A stretch of 64,000 bases of DNA from Candidatus Dormiibacterota bacterium (GTDB lineage: Bacteria; Chloroflexota; Dormibacteria; Aeolococcales; Aeolococcaceae). Made by a program: the position numbers and the translations under genes. Location: NCBI GenBank assembly GCA_963823765.1, contig CAWGML010000003.1:99329-163328 (forward strand), read 5' to 3'. Below, piece after piece: positions 40,727-49,984 of this stretch. The notes below the pieces were generated by a model that saw only the letters and a program-made list of their open reading frames with translations, did no database searches and was not told the DNA's origin. Positions within the stretch are counted from its first letter, which is position 1. Each line of letters begins with the position of its first letter.

Positions 40727-42232
40727 GTGATTGGCTTGCGCGACCTGCTGCGTGCAGCCGGGTTGGGACCGGCGACGCCACCAGGCACGGACGTCGAGGT
40801 CACCGCCGTGACCCACAACTCGCGTGCCGCAGGCCCGGGCTCCCTCTTCGTGGCCGTGCCCGGGCGCCGCCAGGACGGCCACGCGCACGCCGCTGCCGCG
40901 GTCGCGCGGGGCGCGGTGGCGGTCGTCGCCGAGCGTGCCCCGGACCCGCCGCTGCCGGCCGGCGTGCTTGTGGCGATGGTCGCGGACTCACGCGTGGCCC
41001 TCAGCGCCCTGGCGGCGGCCTTCCACGGCCACCCCTCGCGTGCCCTCACCATCGCAGGCGTCACCGGCACGGACGGCAAGACCACCACCGCCACTATGCT
41101 CTGGGCCGCCTGGCGGGCGGCGGGCCTGCACAGCGGGCTGATCTCCACGGTGGACTTCCGCGATGGCGACATCGTGGCGCCCAACACCACCCGCGTCACC
41201 ACCATGGAGGCGGTGGAGACGCAGCGCAGGCTTGCCGACCTGCGCGAGTCCGGGTGCACGCACGTCGTCGTCGAGACCTCGTCGCACGGCCTGGAGATGC
41301 ACCGCGTCGACGATGTCGAATACCGCCTCGCCGTCTACACGCGGATCACGTCCGAGCACCTCGACGTGCACGGCGACCGCGCCGGCTACCTGGCCGCCAA
41401 GGCGCGCCTGCTCGAGATGGTGGGCAGGCGCCCCGACGGCGTCGCCGTGCTCGACCGCGACGACGACTTCGGCTACCCCCGCCTGGCGGCGATGCCAGTG
41501 GCGCGGCGGCTCACCTACAGCGTCGCGGACTCGGATGCGGACCTTGTCGCACGCGACATCACCGCCGGCCCGGGTGGGGTGCGGCTGCGAGCGCACACCC
41601 CGTGGGGTACGGCGGAGCTGCAGCTGCAGCTGGCCGGTCGTTTCAACGCGGCCAACGCCCTCGCCGCGATCGCCGCGGCGTGCGCCAGTGGCGCATCGCT
41701 CGATGCCGCGGTCACCGGCATCACCACGCTGGGCCGCGTCCACGGGCGAATGGAGCGCGTCGACGCCGGACAGCCGTTCAGCGTGGTCATCGACTACGCC
41801 CACACGGCCGATGCCCTGGAGAAGGTGTTGACCGAGCTTCGGGTCGCGACCGCGGGCCGGCTGTGGGTGGTGTTCGGCTCAGCGGGCGAGCGTGACGTCG
41901 ACAAGCGCCCCGCCATGGGCGACGTGGCCGGGCGGCTCGCCGACATCGCGGTCGTCACCGACGAGGATCCCCGCGCCGAGGACCGCCTCGCCATCTGCGA
42001 GCAGATCGCCGCCGGTGCGGAGCGTGCCGGCTCGCGCCGGGGCGACACGCTGCACGTCATCCCCGACCGCGCTGAGGCCATCGCCTTCGCCCTCAGCGCC
42101 GCGACGCCCGGCGACACCGTGCTCCTGGCCGGCAAGGGCCACGAGAGCTCCATCATCGGCGCCGACGGCAGCGTGCCGTGGGACGAGCGCGCGGTCGCCG
42201 AGCACGTGCTGCGGCGGCAGGGCGCGGGCTGA
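40727..42232 (+). CDS. murE: UDP-MurNAc-dipeptide amino acid ligase MurE
   Basis: DGHAH, GVTGTDGKTTT, ETSSH, TSEHLDVH, GRFNAAN, GRME, DYAHT, ERDVDKR and AGKGHE. Confidence 0.93.
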   Translation: MIGLRDLLRAAGLGPATPPGTDVEVTAVTHNSRAAGPGSLFVAVPGRRQDGHAHAAAAVARGAVAVVAERAPDPPLPAGVLVAMVADSRVALSALAAAFHGHPSRALTIAGVTGTDGKTTTATMLWAAWRAAGLHSGLISTVDFRDGDIVAPNTTRVTTMEAVETQRRLADLRESGCTHVVVETSSHGLEMHRVDDVEYRLAVYTRITSEHLDVHGDRAGYLAAKARLLEMVGRRPDGVAVLDRDDDFGYPRLAAMPVARRLTYSVADSDADLVARDITAGPGGVRLRAHTPWGTAELQLQLAGRFNAANALAAIAAACASGASLDAAVTGITTLGRVHGRMERVDAGQPFSVVIDYAHTADALEKVLTELRVATAGRLWVVFGSAGERDVDKRPAMGDVAGRLADIAVVTDEDPRAEDRLAICEQIAAGAERAGSRRGDTLHVIPDRAEAIAFALSAATPGDTVLLAGKGHESSIIGADGSVPWDERAVAEHVLRRQGAG

Positions 42233-42249
42233 GGGAGAGCCGCTGGCGA

Positions 42250-42940
42250 CTACCCTCGGTCGGAGCCGCCGTTCACCACTGCCAGCGCAAAGCCGTCGTA
42301 CCCCTTGCTCCCCACCGTCTGGATGACGGTTGCGGTGACCTGAGGCTCGCTGCCCATGAGCTCCAGCACCGCCCTGGTGCCGACGACGCCGGGGTCGCTG
42401 CTCTGCGCGTCGATGACCGAGCCGCGCCGGATGGCGTTGTCCACGACGATGACGGTGCCGGGATGGCCCAGCTTCACCGCCCAGCGGAAGTACTCGGGGC
42501 TGTTCACCTTGTCGGCATCGATGAACACCAGGTCAAAAGGCTCGTGATCCCCCTTGTCCAGCTCACCGAGAGTGTCCAGCGCGGGACCGAGAACGATGTC
42601 GACGATGTCGCCAAGCCCGGCCCTGTCGATGTTGGCGCGGGCCACCTCCGCGTGGTGAGGGTCGACCTCCAGCGTCACCAGCTTCCCACCCCTCGGAAGC
42701 GCCCGGGCCAGGCAGATCGTGCTGTAGCCGCCCAGGGTGCCCACCTCGAGGAACTCGTCGCGCCCCGGCCATGCGCGCCAGCAGGTGCAGCAGCCTTCCC
42801 TGCAGGGGCGTCACCTGGATCTGGGGCAGGCCCGCCTTGGCAGCATCGTCGAGCGCCGCCCGGAGATCCGGGTCGTCACCGATCACGAGCCCCTCGAGGT
42901 ACTCGTCGACAGCGGTCCATCGCTCTGCTGGCTGCTCCAC
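42250..42940 (-). CDS. Class I SAM-dependent O-methyltransferase (+1 indel at 42752-42753)
   Basis: WTAVDEY...PQIQVTPLQGRLL joins to LEVGTLGGYSTI...FIDADK...DNAIRRG...KGYDGF after removing one base. Confidence 0.85.
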
Positions 42941-43006
42941 TCTCTTCGACGGCCTCCGGTTGTGTGCTCTGTCTGACACGCACATGCTGCCATCACGGGC
43001 GATCGA

Positions 43007-44125
43007 ATGAGCGACGTGCCACCCGACGACGACTTCCGGCGCGACCGCGATCCTCGCGCGCGCCGGAACGCCCGGGTCGCCGGGGCTGTCGTCGCCATCG
43101 GCCTCGCCGCGCTCCTGGTCGCGCTGGCGGTGGCGCGCAACCAGGCGCCGGCGAGCAAACGGGTGGCCGGCGCCACCCCGAGCCCGCTGGCCCGTGCCGG
43201 GCCGAGCCCGGTGGCGGCGGCGCCCACCCCTCCGTCCCTCAGGCCCACACCGGTGCCCTCCCAGCCGGTGCTGGGCTTCGGCTTCAGCGCCGCGTATGAC
43301 GCGCGCAGCCATCAGCTGGTGACCTTCGGTGGGGTCGACAGCTACGACCAGACCTGGCTGTGGGACGGCCGGCACTGGACGCTCGCCCGGCCTCAGGTCA
43401 GCCCGGCCGGCCGCTTTGGGGCGGCTTCGGCCTTCGACCCGCTCACCGGGGTGGTGATGGTCTACGGCGGGCGGCTCGGTCCCGGCGAGGTGGTCGACGA
43501 CACCTGGGCGTGGGACGGGGCAAGCTGGCGCGAGCTCGACGGGGGCGTCGGCAACCCGCCGCTGGGCGAGGCGTCAGAGATGGGGTGGGACGACGCGCGT
43601 CAGCAGATGGTGCTGGTCAGCACGCAGGAGGGGAGCAACCGTCAGACCTGGACATGGGACGGCTCGCGCTGGGTGGAGCAGGTCCGCGGTGCTTTGCCGC
43701 AGGGCGTCGATGTGCTCGGGATGGCCGAGGACCCGGTGACGCGCACGCTGCTGGCGGTCCTGTGCTGCGATCCCTCCGACGGCACGACGTCCACCTACAC
43801 CTGGGACGGGGCGGCCTGGCATCGGCTCAGCACGCACACCACTCCCGCCTTCACGGTGGGCTTGGTCGTCGACCCGCAGAGCGGCCGCCTCCTCATGTTC
43901 GGCGACCCGTCGGTGGTGCCCGCGAAGCAGCTCTGGTCGTGGTCGGGCAGGGACTGGACGCTGGTCGCCGGTGCGCGGCTGCCGGTGTTTCCGACGCGTG
44001 CTGTGACCGACACGGACACCGGCAGCGTGGTGATCGTGGGCTCCGCGGTCGAACCCGTGCAGGGAAACCCCCAGCCGATGCAGGTGTGGTCGCTGAACGG
44101 CACCGCCTGGCGGCAGCTCGGCTGA
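43007..44125 (+). CDS. Membrane-anchored/secreted kelch-like beta-propeller protein
   Basis: One TM segment, a Pro-rich linker and six or more T(W/Y)xWDG repeats. Confidence 0.75.
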   Translation: MSDVPPDDDFRRDRDPRARRNARVAGAVVAIGLAALLVALAVARNQAPASKRVAGATPSPLARAGPSPVAAAPTPPSLRPTPVPSQPVLGFGFSAAYDARSHQLVTFGGVDSYDQTWLWDGRHWTLARPQVSPAGRFGAASAFDPLTGVVMVYGGRLGPGEVVDDTWAWDGASWRELDGGVGNPPLGEASEMGWDDARQQMVLVSTQEGSNRQTWTWDGSRWVEQVRGALPQGVDVLGMAEDPVTRTLLAVLCCDPSDGTTSTYTWDGAAWHRLSTHTTPAFTVGLVVDPQSGRLLMFGDPSVVPAKQLWSWSGRDWTLVAGARLPVFPTRAVTDTDTGSVVIVGSAVEPVQGNPQPMQVWSLNGTAWRQLG

Positions 44126-44188
44126 CGAGGCCGACACAGAGGGTCCGTCGCGAGCGTACGCTCGTGGTCCACTTGAGGAGGGCTGACG

Positions 44189-44566
44189 ATGCTCGAAGGG
44201 GCGAAGGCTCACGCCACGCTGCCGGCGATGGACATGCAACGGGCAACCGCGTTCTACACCGAGAAGGTGGGCGCGCAACCCGGCGACGCGGCCGAGGGCG
44301 CGTCGTTCTTCTCGTTCGGCGATTCGGTGTTCACGATCTACCCGACACCCAACCCCAATCGTGGTGGCCACACGCAGATGGGGCTGCGCGTCCCGGATGC
44401 CCGTGCGGCGGTGGAGGAGCTGCGGTCTCGTGGCGTGGTGTTCGAGGAGTACGACCTCCCGGGGCTGAAGACGGTCGACGGCATCGCGGAGATCGGTGGT
44501 GGCGGAGCGGCCGCGTGGTTCAAGGACACCGAGGGCAACATCATCGGCGTGGTGCAGATTCCCTGA
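44189..44566 (+). CDS. VOC/glyoxalase family protein
   Basis: AFYTEKVG, VEELRSRGVVFEEYD and AAWFKDTEGNII. GAGGAGG RBS. Confidence 0.9.
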   Translation: MLEGAKAHATLPAMDMQRATAFYTEKVGAQPGDAAEGASFFSFGDSVFTIYPTPNPNRGGHTQMGLRVPDARAAVEELRSRGVVFEEYDLPGLKTVDGIAEIGGGGAAAWFKDTEGNIIGVVQIP

Positions 44567-45143
44567 TCGGCTTGCTCACGGTGAGGATGCCCGCGCCGGC
44601 GTGCGCGGCCATCATCGATGGGTCGGCAGCGAGCGCAACCACAGCCGCCTGAGCATCCTCGTCGCTGACCAGCGCCCACAGCGCGCCGCCGGGCAGCAGC
44701 AGGGGGAGCGCCAGCGTGCAGAGTCGCAGCGGTGGTGCCGCCGCTCGTGACAGCACGGCGTCGTACCGCTCTCGATGGCTCGGATCGGCCGCCATCTCCT
44801 CGGCACGTCGTGCCGCCACCGTGACGTTGTCCAGCTCGAGCAGCCCGCAGACGTGCACCAGGAAGCCCGCCTTGCGGCGATCGGCCTCGATGAGGGTCAG
44901 CGCCACGTCCCGACGCAGGATGGCGACGATGACGCCGGGGATGCCGGCCCCCGAGCCCAGGTCGGCGCACCGGCTCCCCTCCGCCAGGTGGGCCGCAGCG
45001 AGCAGCCTGGTGCTCTCGGCGACGTGCCGATCCCAGGCTCGGTCGCGGGGCACGGCGGTGAGGTTCAGCCGCCGGTTCCAGAGGTCGAGCTCGTCGAGGT
45101 ACCGGTCGAGAGCGCGGCGCTGGCCGGGTGTTGGGAGAGGCAC
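44541..45143 (-). CDS. rsmG: 16S rRNA m7G527 methyltransferase RsmG
   Basis: WNRRLNLTA, HVAES, DLGSGAGIPG, IEADRRKAGF, RAEE and SRA. Confidence 0.9.
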   Translation of the reverse strand: MPLPTPGQRRALDRYLDELDLWNRRLNLTAVPRDRAWDRHVAESTRLLAAAHLAEGSRCADLGSGAGIPGVIVAILRRDVALTLIEADRRKAGFLVHVCGLLELDNVTVAARRAEEMAADPSHRERYDAVLSRAAAPPLRLCTLALPLLLPGGALWALVSDEDAQAAVVALAADPSMMAAHAGAGILTVSKPIRESAPRR

Positions 45144-45213
45144 CGGGTCACGGTATGTGACCTACCAGTGGTGAGTCGCGCTCCGGCGTCGTCCATGCGA
45201 TGATGTCCTCTCC

Positions 45214-45396
45214 ATGACGACCCTCGACACGTGCCCACGTTGCCGCGCGGAGCGTCTCGCGGTCGTCTACTTCGATGCCAACGACGAGCCCATCGGCGGG
45301 CACATCCAGTGCCCCGACTGCGGTCCGCGTCACTCCGAGGAGCTGACCTTCGACGCCACGGTCGGCGACAGGCTCTTGGAGCGCAAGGCCTCGTAA
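45214..45396 (+). CDS. 60-aa zinc-ribbon microprotein
   Basis: Two CxxC knuckles, CPRC and CPDC, 23 residues apart; fills an otherwise empty gap. Confidence 0.6.
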   Translation: MTTLDTCPRCRAERLAVVYFDANDEPIGGHIQCPDCGPRHSEELTFDATVGDRLLERKAS

Positions 45397-45499
45397 CACA
45401 TCGCCGCGTGCCGCGCGGGTTCGACCGCGCCGCAACGGTGCGATGACGGCGCGGTGACAGCGACCGGCACTCTGTGGAGACTGTCGCACAGTCGGGCGC

Positions 45500-46693
45500 G
45501 TGCATCTGTCGGTTCGTGGTCGCACGCTCGCCGCGGTCGTGGTCGCGGCCGCCCTGCTCGGGGTCGCGGCTCCCGCACGTGCCGACAGCGGGACCAGCGT
45601 GGGTGCGGCGCGGCAGAACCTCGCCCAGGCGCAGCAGCACGCCCGCCAGGCAGGCACCGCGCTGGGGGCGGCACAGCAGCAACTGGCCGGCGCGCAGGCA
45701 CAGCTGGCAGCTGTCCAGGCCCGCGTGGCCTCCCTGGACGCCGCGGTGACAGCCGACACGGCCCGGGTTGCGGCGCTCGACCAGCAGGTGCAGGACGACA
45801 AGGCCCAGCTCGCCAGCTACATCCGCAGCGTCTACAAGACAGGCGGCGCTGAGGGCGCGCTCGCCTACCTCGTCTCCGCATCCAACCTCGGTGACGTCTT
45901 CCAGCGGGCCGCCGAGCTCGACCGCGTCAACCAGGCGGGCAAGATCCTGCTGGCACGGATCGCCGCGGCCGAGGCCGCCGCCCGGCAGGCACTGGCCGAT
46001 GCCACGACAGCGCGGCAGCAGGCCCAGGTGGCGGCGCAGCAGGCTGCGACGGCAGAGGCCGTCGTCGCGGTGGAGACGGACCAGCTGCAGGCTGCCGCGA
46101 TCGCCGCCGACCAGCAGGTGGGCGCCGCGCAGCACCGGCTCTCCGTCGCGCAGGCCGCCGCGGCCGCGCAGGCCAGGGCGGCGGCCGCCGCTGCTGCTGC
46201 GGCGGCGGCTGCTGCCCGCGGGAACGGCACGGTGTTCACGCCCGTCCCCGGGCCGGCCTTCACTGTCGACACCGATCTCACCAAGCCGTCCGGGGAGACC
46301 GCCGCCAGGCTCGATTCCTTCCTGAGCGGCAGCGCGCTGGCGGGGCTGGGCGCGAGCTTCATGAGCGCCGAGACCACCTACCACGTCAGCGCGCGCTACC
46401 TGGTGGCGCATGCCATCCTGGAGTCGGCCTGGGGCACGAGCGCGATCGCACAGGACAAGCACAACCTGTTCGGTTACGGCGCCGATGACTCCAACCCGTA
46501 CGCAGATGCGGTGAGCTTCCCGACGTTCGCAGCGTGCATCAGGTTCGTCGCCCAGAAGGTGGCGCAGGATTACCTGTCGTCGAGCGGTCGCTTCTACCAT
46601 GGCCCGACGCTGCGCGGCATGAACGTCGACTACGCGAGCGACCCGTTGTGGGCATCGAAGATCGCGCGCATCGCGAGCACCATCCCGGACTGA
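45500..46693 (+). CDS. Secreted peptidoglycan hydrolase: coiled coil (PcsB/CwlO-like) + GH73 glucosaminidase
   Basis: Signal peptide ending APARA; Ala/Gln coiled coil; HAILESAWG, NLFGYGA and YASDPLWASKI. Confidence 0.85.
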   Translation: MHLSVRGRTLAAVVVAAALLGVAAPARADSGTSVGAARQNLAQAQQHARQAGTALGAAQQQLAGAQAQLAAVQARVASLDAAVTADTARVAALDQQVQDDKAQLASYIRSVYKTGGAEGALAYLVSASNLGDVFQRAAELDRVNQAGKILLARIAAAEAAARQALADATTARQQAQVAAQQAATAEAVVAVETDQLQAAAIAADQQVGAAQHRLSVAQAAAAAQARAAAAAAAAAAAAARGNGTVFTPVPGPAFTVDTDLTKPSGETAARLDSFLSGSALAGLGASFMSAETTYHVSARYLVAHAILESAWGTSAIAQDKHNLFGYGADDSNPYADAVSFPTFAACIRFVAQKVAQDYLSSSGRFYHGPTLRGMNVDYASDPLWASKIARIASTIPD

Positions 46694-46730
46694 TCGTCGG
46701 CGGGACCACGCTGCACTAGACTGCGCCGAC

Positions 46731-48464
46731 GTGCAGCACCCCATCGGCGAACACGGCCTGCTCGCCGACGGACGGACCGCGGCGCTGGTCGACCCGAGCG
46801 GGAACATCGCCTGGCTGTGCTGGCCTCGCATCGATTCGTCGCCGTGCCTGCTCGGCATCCTCGACGCCGACATCGGCGGCCTGTTCACGGTGGCGCCCAC
46901 GCACCCGGGCGCGACGGTGGCGGAGCGTGGCTACGTGCCCGGCACGTTGATCCTGCGCACGGTCTGGCGTGCCGATGGAACCGAGCTCGTGGTGCACGAC
47001 GCACTCGCATGTGATGGCAGCCCGCGCTTGGTGCGCAGCATGCGTGCTCGCGGCCGAGTCGACGTCGGCGTGCGTGTGGCCCTCTCCCCTGACGCGGCGC
47101 GCGCACCCGCCGACGTGGCCATTGAGAGCTCGGTGCTGCGGGTTCGCGGCGGCGCCATCGACGTCGCGGTCCACGCCCCGGCGCCGTGGACGGTGGACGG
47201 GGCCGGGGTCGCAAGTTGCCGGTTCACCGTCGACTCGATCGAGTCCGCCGTGGTGTTCTGCGACAGCCGCGCGGCGGCCCACCCGGTCTCGATGGACGGT
47301 ACGCGAGAGTGGTTCGCGCAGCACGGCGCTGCGACCTCGGCGCCGCCGAGCCCGCTCGCGGAGCGTTCCCTCGGCAGGGAGGCGGCGCAGCGGTTGCAGG
47401 GTCACAGCGCTGCCGTGCTCGCCGGCGTGCGGCAGCGCGGCGGAGGCATCGTGGCGGCGCCGACCACGTCGTTGCCCCAATGGCCCGCGAGCTCGCGAAC
47501 CTGGGATTACCGCTACAGCTGGCTGCGCGACACAGCGCTGGCCGGCCTGGCCATGCTGCGCTGTGGGATGACCGCGGACGCGTTCGGTCTGGGGGACTTC
47601 ATCGGCGCAGCGGTGAGCACGATGCCCCCCGCGGTGCTGCTGCGCGTCGACGGCACCACGCCGCCTCGAGAACAAGTTCTCGACCACCTCCGCGGCCACG
47701 GCGGCGCGCGTCCGGTGCGCATCGGCAACGCCGCGTCCGAGCAGCCCCAGCTCGACGTCGCCGGGGAGGTGCTCGAGCTCGCCGCGGAGCTCGCCGCGCG
47801 GGACCTGCTGCCGGGTTCCCTGCGCGAGGGCGCGGTGCGCGTGGCGGATTGGACAGCCGCCAACTGGCGCCGGCCGGACCACGGCATCTGGGAGATTCGC
47901 GGGGCGCCGCGTCACTACACCCACTCGCGGGTGATGGCGTGGGCCGGGCTGCAGAAGGCTGCGGCGCTCGCCGAGCGCGGCGTGGTCAGGGGCGACGCGC
48001 AGCGCTGGCAGCGGGCCGCGGATGACATTCGCGACGCGGTGCTGCGCCGTGGCGGCGCGCTGACGCTGACCGACGCGGGCGGCGGACCGGACGCGGCCCT
48101 CGCTCAGGCCGCGATCGTCGCGTTCCTCGACGGTGGCGACGCGCGCCTGCACGCCACCCTGGACAGCATCACCGCCACCCTGGATCGCGATGGCCTCATC
48201 GAGCGACACCTCCCCGAGGAGGACGCCACCAGCGATCCCTGTGGGCCCTTCCTGTTCGCCACCTTCTGGCTGGCGGAGGCACTGGAGCGCTGCGGTCGTG
48301 ACGGCTCACGACACTTCGCCACCGCCCTGGCGGCACGCGGCTCCGTCGACCTCTTCGGGGAGGTCGCCGACCCGCGGGATGGCTCGCCGCTCGGCAACTA
48401 CCCGCAGGTGCAGAGCCACGCCAGCTTCGTGCTGGCCGCGACGGCGTCGGAGCCTTATCGCTAG
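46731..48464 (+). CDS. Glycoside hydrolase family 15 (trehalase/glucoamylase-like)
   Basis: AALVDPSGNIAWLCWPRIDS, AAPTTSLP, WDYRYSWLRD, DHGIWEIR and GNYPQVQSH. Confidence 0.9.
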   Translation: MQHPIGEHGLLADGRTAALVDPSGNIAWLCWPRIDSSPCLLGILDADIGGLFTVAPTHPGATVAERGYVPGTLILRTVWRADGTELVVHDALACDGSPRLVRSMRARGRVDVGVRVALSPDAARAPADVAIESSVLRVRGGAIDVAVHAPAPWTVDGAGVASCRFTVDSIESAVVFCDSRAAAHPVSMDGTREWFAQHGAATSAPPSPLAERSLGREAAQRLQGHSAAVLAGVRQRGGGIVAAPTTSLPQWPASSRTWDYRYSWLRDTALAGLAMLRCGMTADAFGLGDFIGAAVSTMPPAVLLRVDGTTPPREQVLDHLRGHGGARPVRIGNAASEQPQLDVAGEVLELAAELAARDLLPGSLREGAVRVADWTAANWRRPDHGIWEIRGAPRHYTHSRVMAWAGLQKAAALAERGVVRGDAQRWQRAADDIRDAVLRRGGALTLTDAGGGPDAALAQAAIVAFLDGGDARLHATLDSITATLDRDGLIERHLPEEDATSDPCGPFLFATFWLAEALERCGRDGSRHFATALAARGSVDLFGEVADPRDGSPLGNYPQVQSHASFVLAATASEPYR

Positions 48465-49300
48465 CCGCCCTGAGGCGGCACGATCCCGCTGGTGCGCACC
48501 ACCTCGATGCCGCGCTCCTCGAGCCCCCGGATGATGACGTTGATGCCGATGCTGTCGCTCGTCATGTGGCCTGTGACCACCAGTGTGTCGCCGGGGTCGC
48601 GCGAGGCGCGGAGCCTCTGCAGGTCGTCCTCGTCGACGTGCATCGAGAGGATGGTGTCGACACCGGCGCGGAAGTATTCGGTGAACACCGGGAAGCCGCC
48701 GTTGGTGCCGCCGGCGATGGCCACCGTCCAGCGACCCAGGGGGTTGGCCGTCGACCCCAGCCACGCCTCCGGCCGGGCGTGTCCATGCGAGTACTCGGCG
48801 AACTCGTCGAACCAGTGGAGACAGTCACCGACCGTGGCGCCGGCGGCGTCGTGACGACGCAGCATCCCGATGACCGCGTTGCGGGTGATGATGTCGCAGG
48901 CGAGGTGCACGTTGCAGAGCGGCATGCCGAAGAGGCGCGCGCTGTCGACGATGGCGTTGACGTTGCTCATGTGGGTGCGCCGGGTGATCGCCTCGAGCCG
49001 TGCGCCGATCGCCTGCTCGGCGGCGTCCGTGGCCACGCCCTCAGCGGTCATCTGCTCGAGCTGGCGACTCCTGACCAGGTCGGTGAACCGTGTGCGCGTG
49101 CGGTCACCGAGCGGGTGGTGCGCGATGACCGCGTCGAAGCCGTTCTGCTGCGCCCACAGGACCTCCGTGAGCGAGATGTCGACACCGAAGAGGACGCGGT
49201 GCACGTCGGACGGTGCCTCGACGTACACCTGCGAGTCGAGCGGCACGCCTGCGCAGCCTGCGAGCTGAGCGGACCACTCGAGGATGTCCTGGAGGTTCAC
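48461..49300 (-). CDS. NIF3/DUF34-like dinuclear metal-centre protein
   Basis: RVLFGVD, AVIAHHP, CNVHLACD, AGGTNG, MH and GHMTSDSIGIN. Confidence 0.7.
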   Translation of the reverse strand: MNLQDILEWSAQLAGCAGVPLDSQVYVEAPSDVHRVLFGVDISLTEVLWAQQNGFDAVIAHHPLGDRTRTRFTDLVRSRQLEQMTAEGVATDAAEQAIGARLEAITRRTHMSNVNAIVDSARLFGMPLCNVHLACDIITRNAVIGMLRRHDAAGATVGDCLHWFDEFAEYSHGHARPEAWLGSTANPLGRWTVAIAGGTNGGFPVFTEYFRAGVDTILSMHVDEDDLQRLRASRDPGDTLVVTGHMTSDSIGINVIIRGLEERGIEVVRTSGIVPPQGG

Positions 49301-49965
49301 CCGCAGACGCCCGCGGACGGGGCGACGCCCGGTCGGTGGAAGCCGATGTGCACGCCGTCGGGCCGCACCGCCAGGCAATCCATGGACTTCGAGAGCGCCT
49401 CCAGCGCGGCGTTCGAGGCGAAGAGGGCGGTGAGGTTGAGGGACGCGGAGCCGCGGGGATCGAGACGGTCGCCGATGAACCCGGGGATGCCGAGCTGGCC
49501 GACCGCGTAGTCGACCGCCTGCGCGGTCACCTTGGACGCGCCCCCGGCATCGCTGAAGAGCAGCGCGAAGCTGGCCACCGCGGTGACGCCGAAGGGCCCG
49601 ACGCTGGTGTCCGCCGACACCACCACGTCACCGTTGCGGATGCGCGCCTGCGGGTTGCGGTAGCGGTCCGGCGACGGGTTGCGGGCGGTGGCGATCACCG
49701 TGAGGTCGCGCTCGCTGAGCGCGACGACCGCGTGCTCGCCGTCGAGCAGTTGCGTGGCCGCGTCGCCGCTCAAAGCGGCGGCGATGACGGCCTCGCTGCT
49801 GCCGTGCGCGGTGCCGCCGGGGGGCGAGCCGAGGTTCGGCGCCGCGAGCGCGCGCGACGCGAAGATCACCCCCGCGACAACCAGGGCTGCCACGAGAACC
49901 AGGCCGAGACAGCACCCCCGCACGAGCCCCGCCTGCCCGGAGCGCGACCGTCTGCGCGCGATCAT
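49297..49965 (-). CDS. Hypothetical membrane-anchored protein
   Basis: GCCLG plus a hydrophobic anchor, then a beta-rich (possibly LmeA/TULIP-like) region; TATGAT 9 nt upstream. Confidence 0.65.
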   Translation of the reverse strand: MIARRRSRSGQAGLVRGCCLGLVLVAALVVAGVIFASRALAAPNLGSPPGGTAHGSSEAVIAAALSGDAATQLLDGEHAVVALSERDLTVIATARNPSPDRYRNPQARIRNGDVVVSADTSVGPFGVTAVASFALLFSDAGGASKVTAQAVDYAVGQLGIPGFIGDRLDPRGSASLNLTALFASNAALEALSKSMDCLAVRPDGVHIGFHRPGVAPSAGVCG

Positions 49966-49984
49966 CTGCTCCCGATCATAGGCG

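Noticed and set aside
45413-45430. GCGCGG-GTTCGA-CCGCGC looks like a tRNA T-arm
   Set aside because: No D arm, anticodon arm or acceptor stem surrounds it; it is more likely a simple terminator-like hairpin.
46140-46220. Poly-Ala run in the GH73 protein
   Set aside because: An ordinary low-complexity linker between the coiled coil and the catalytic domain.
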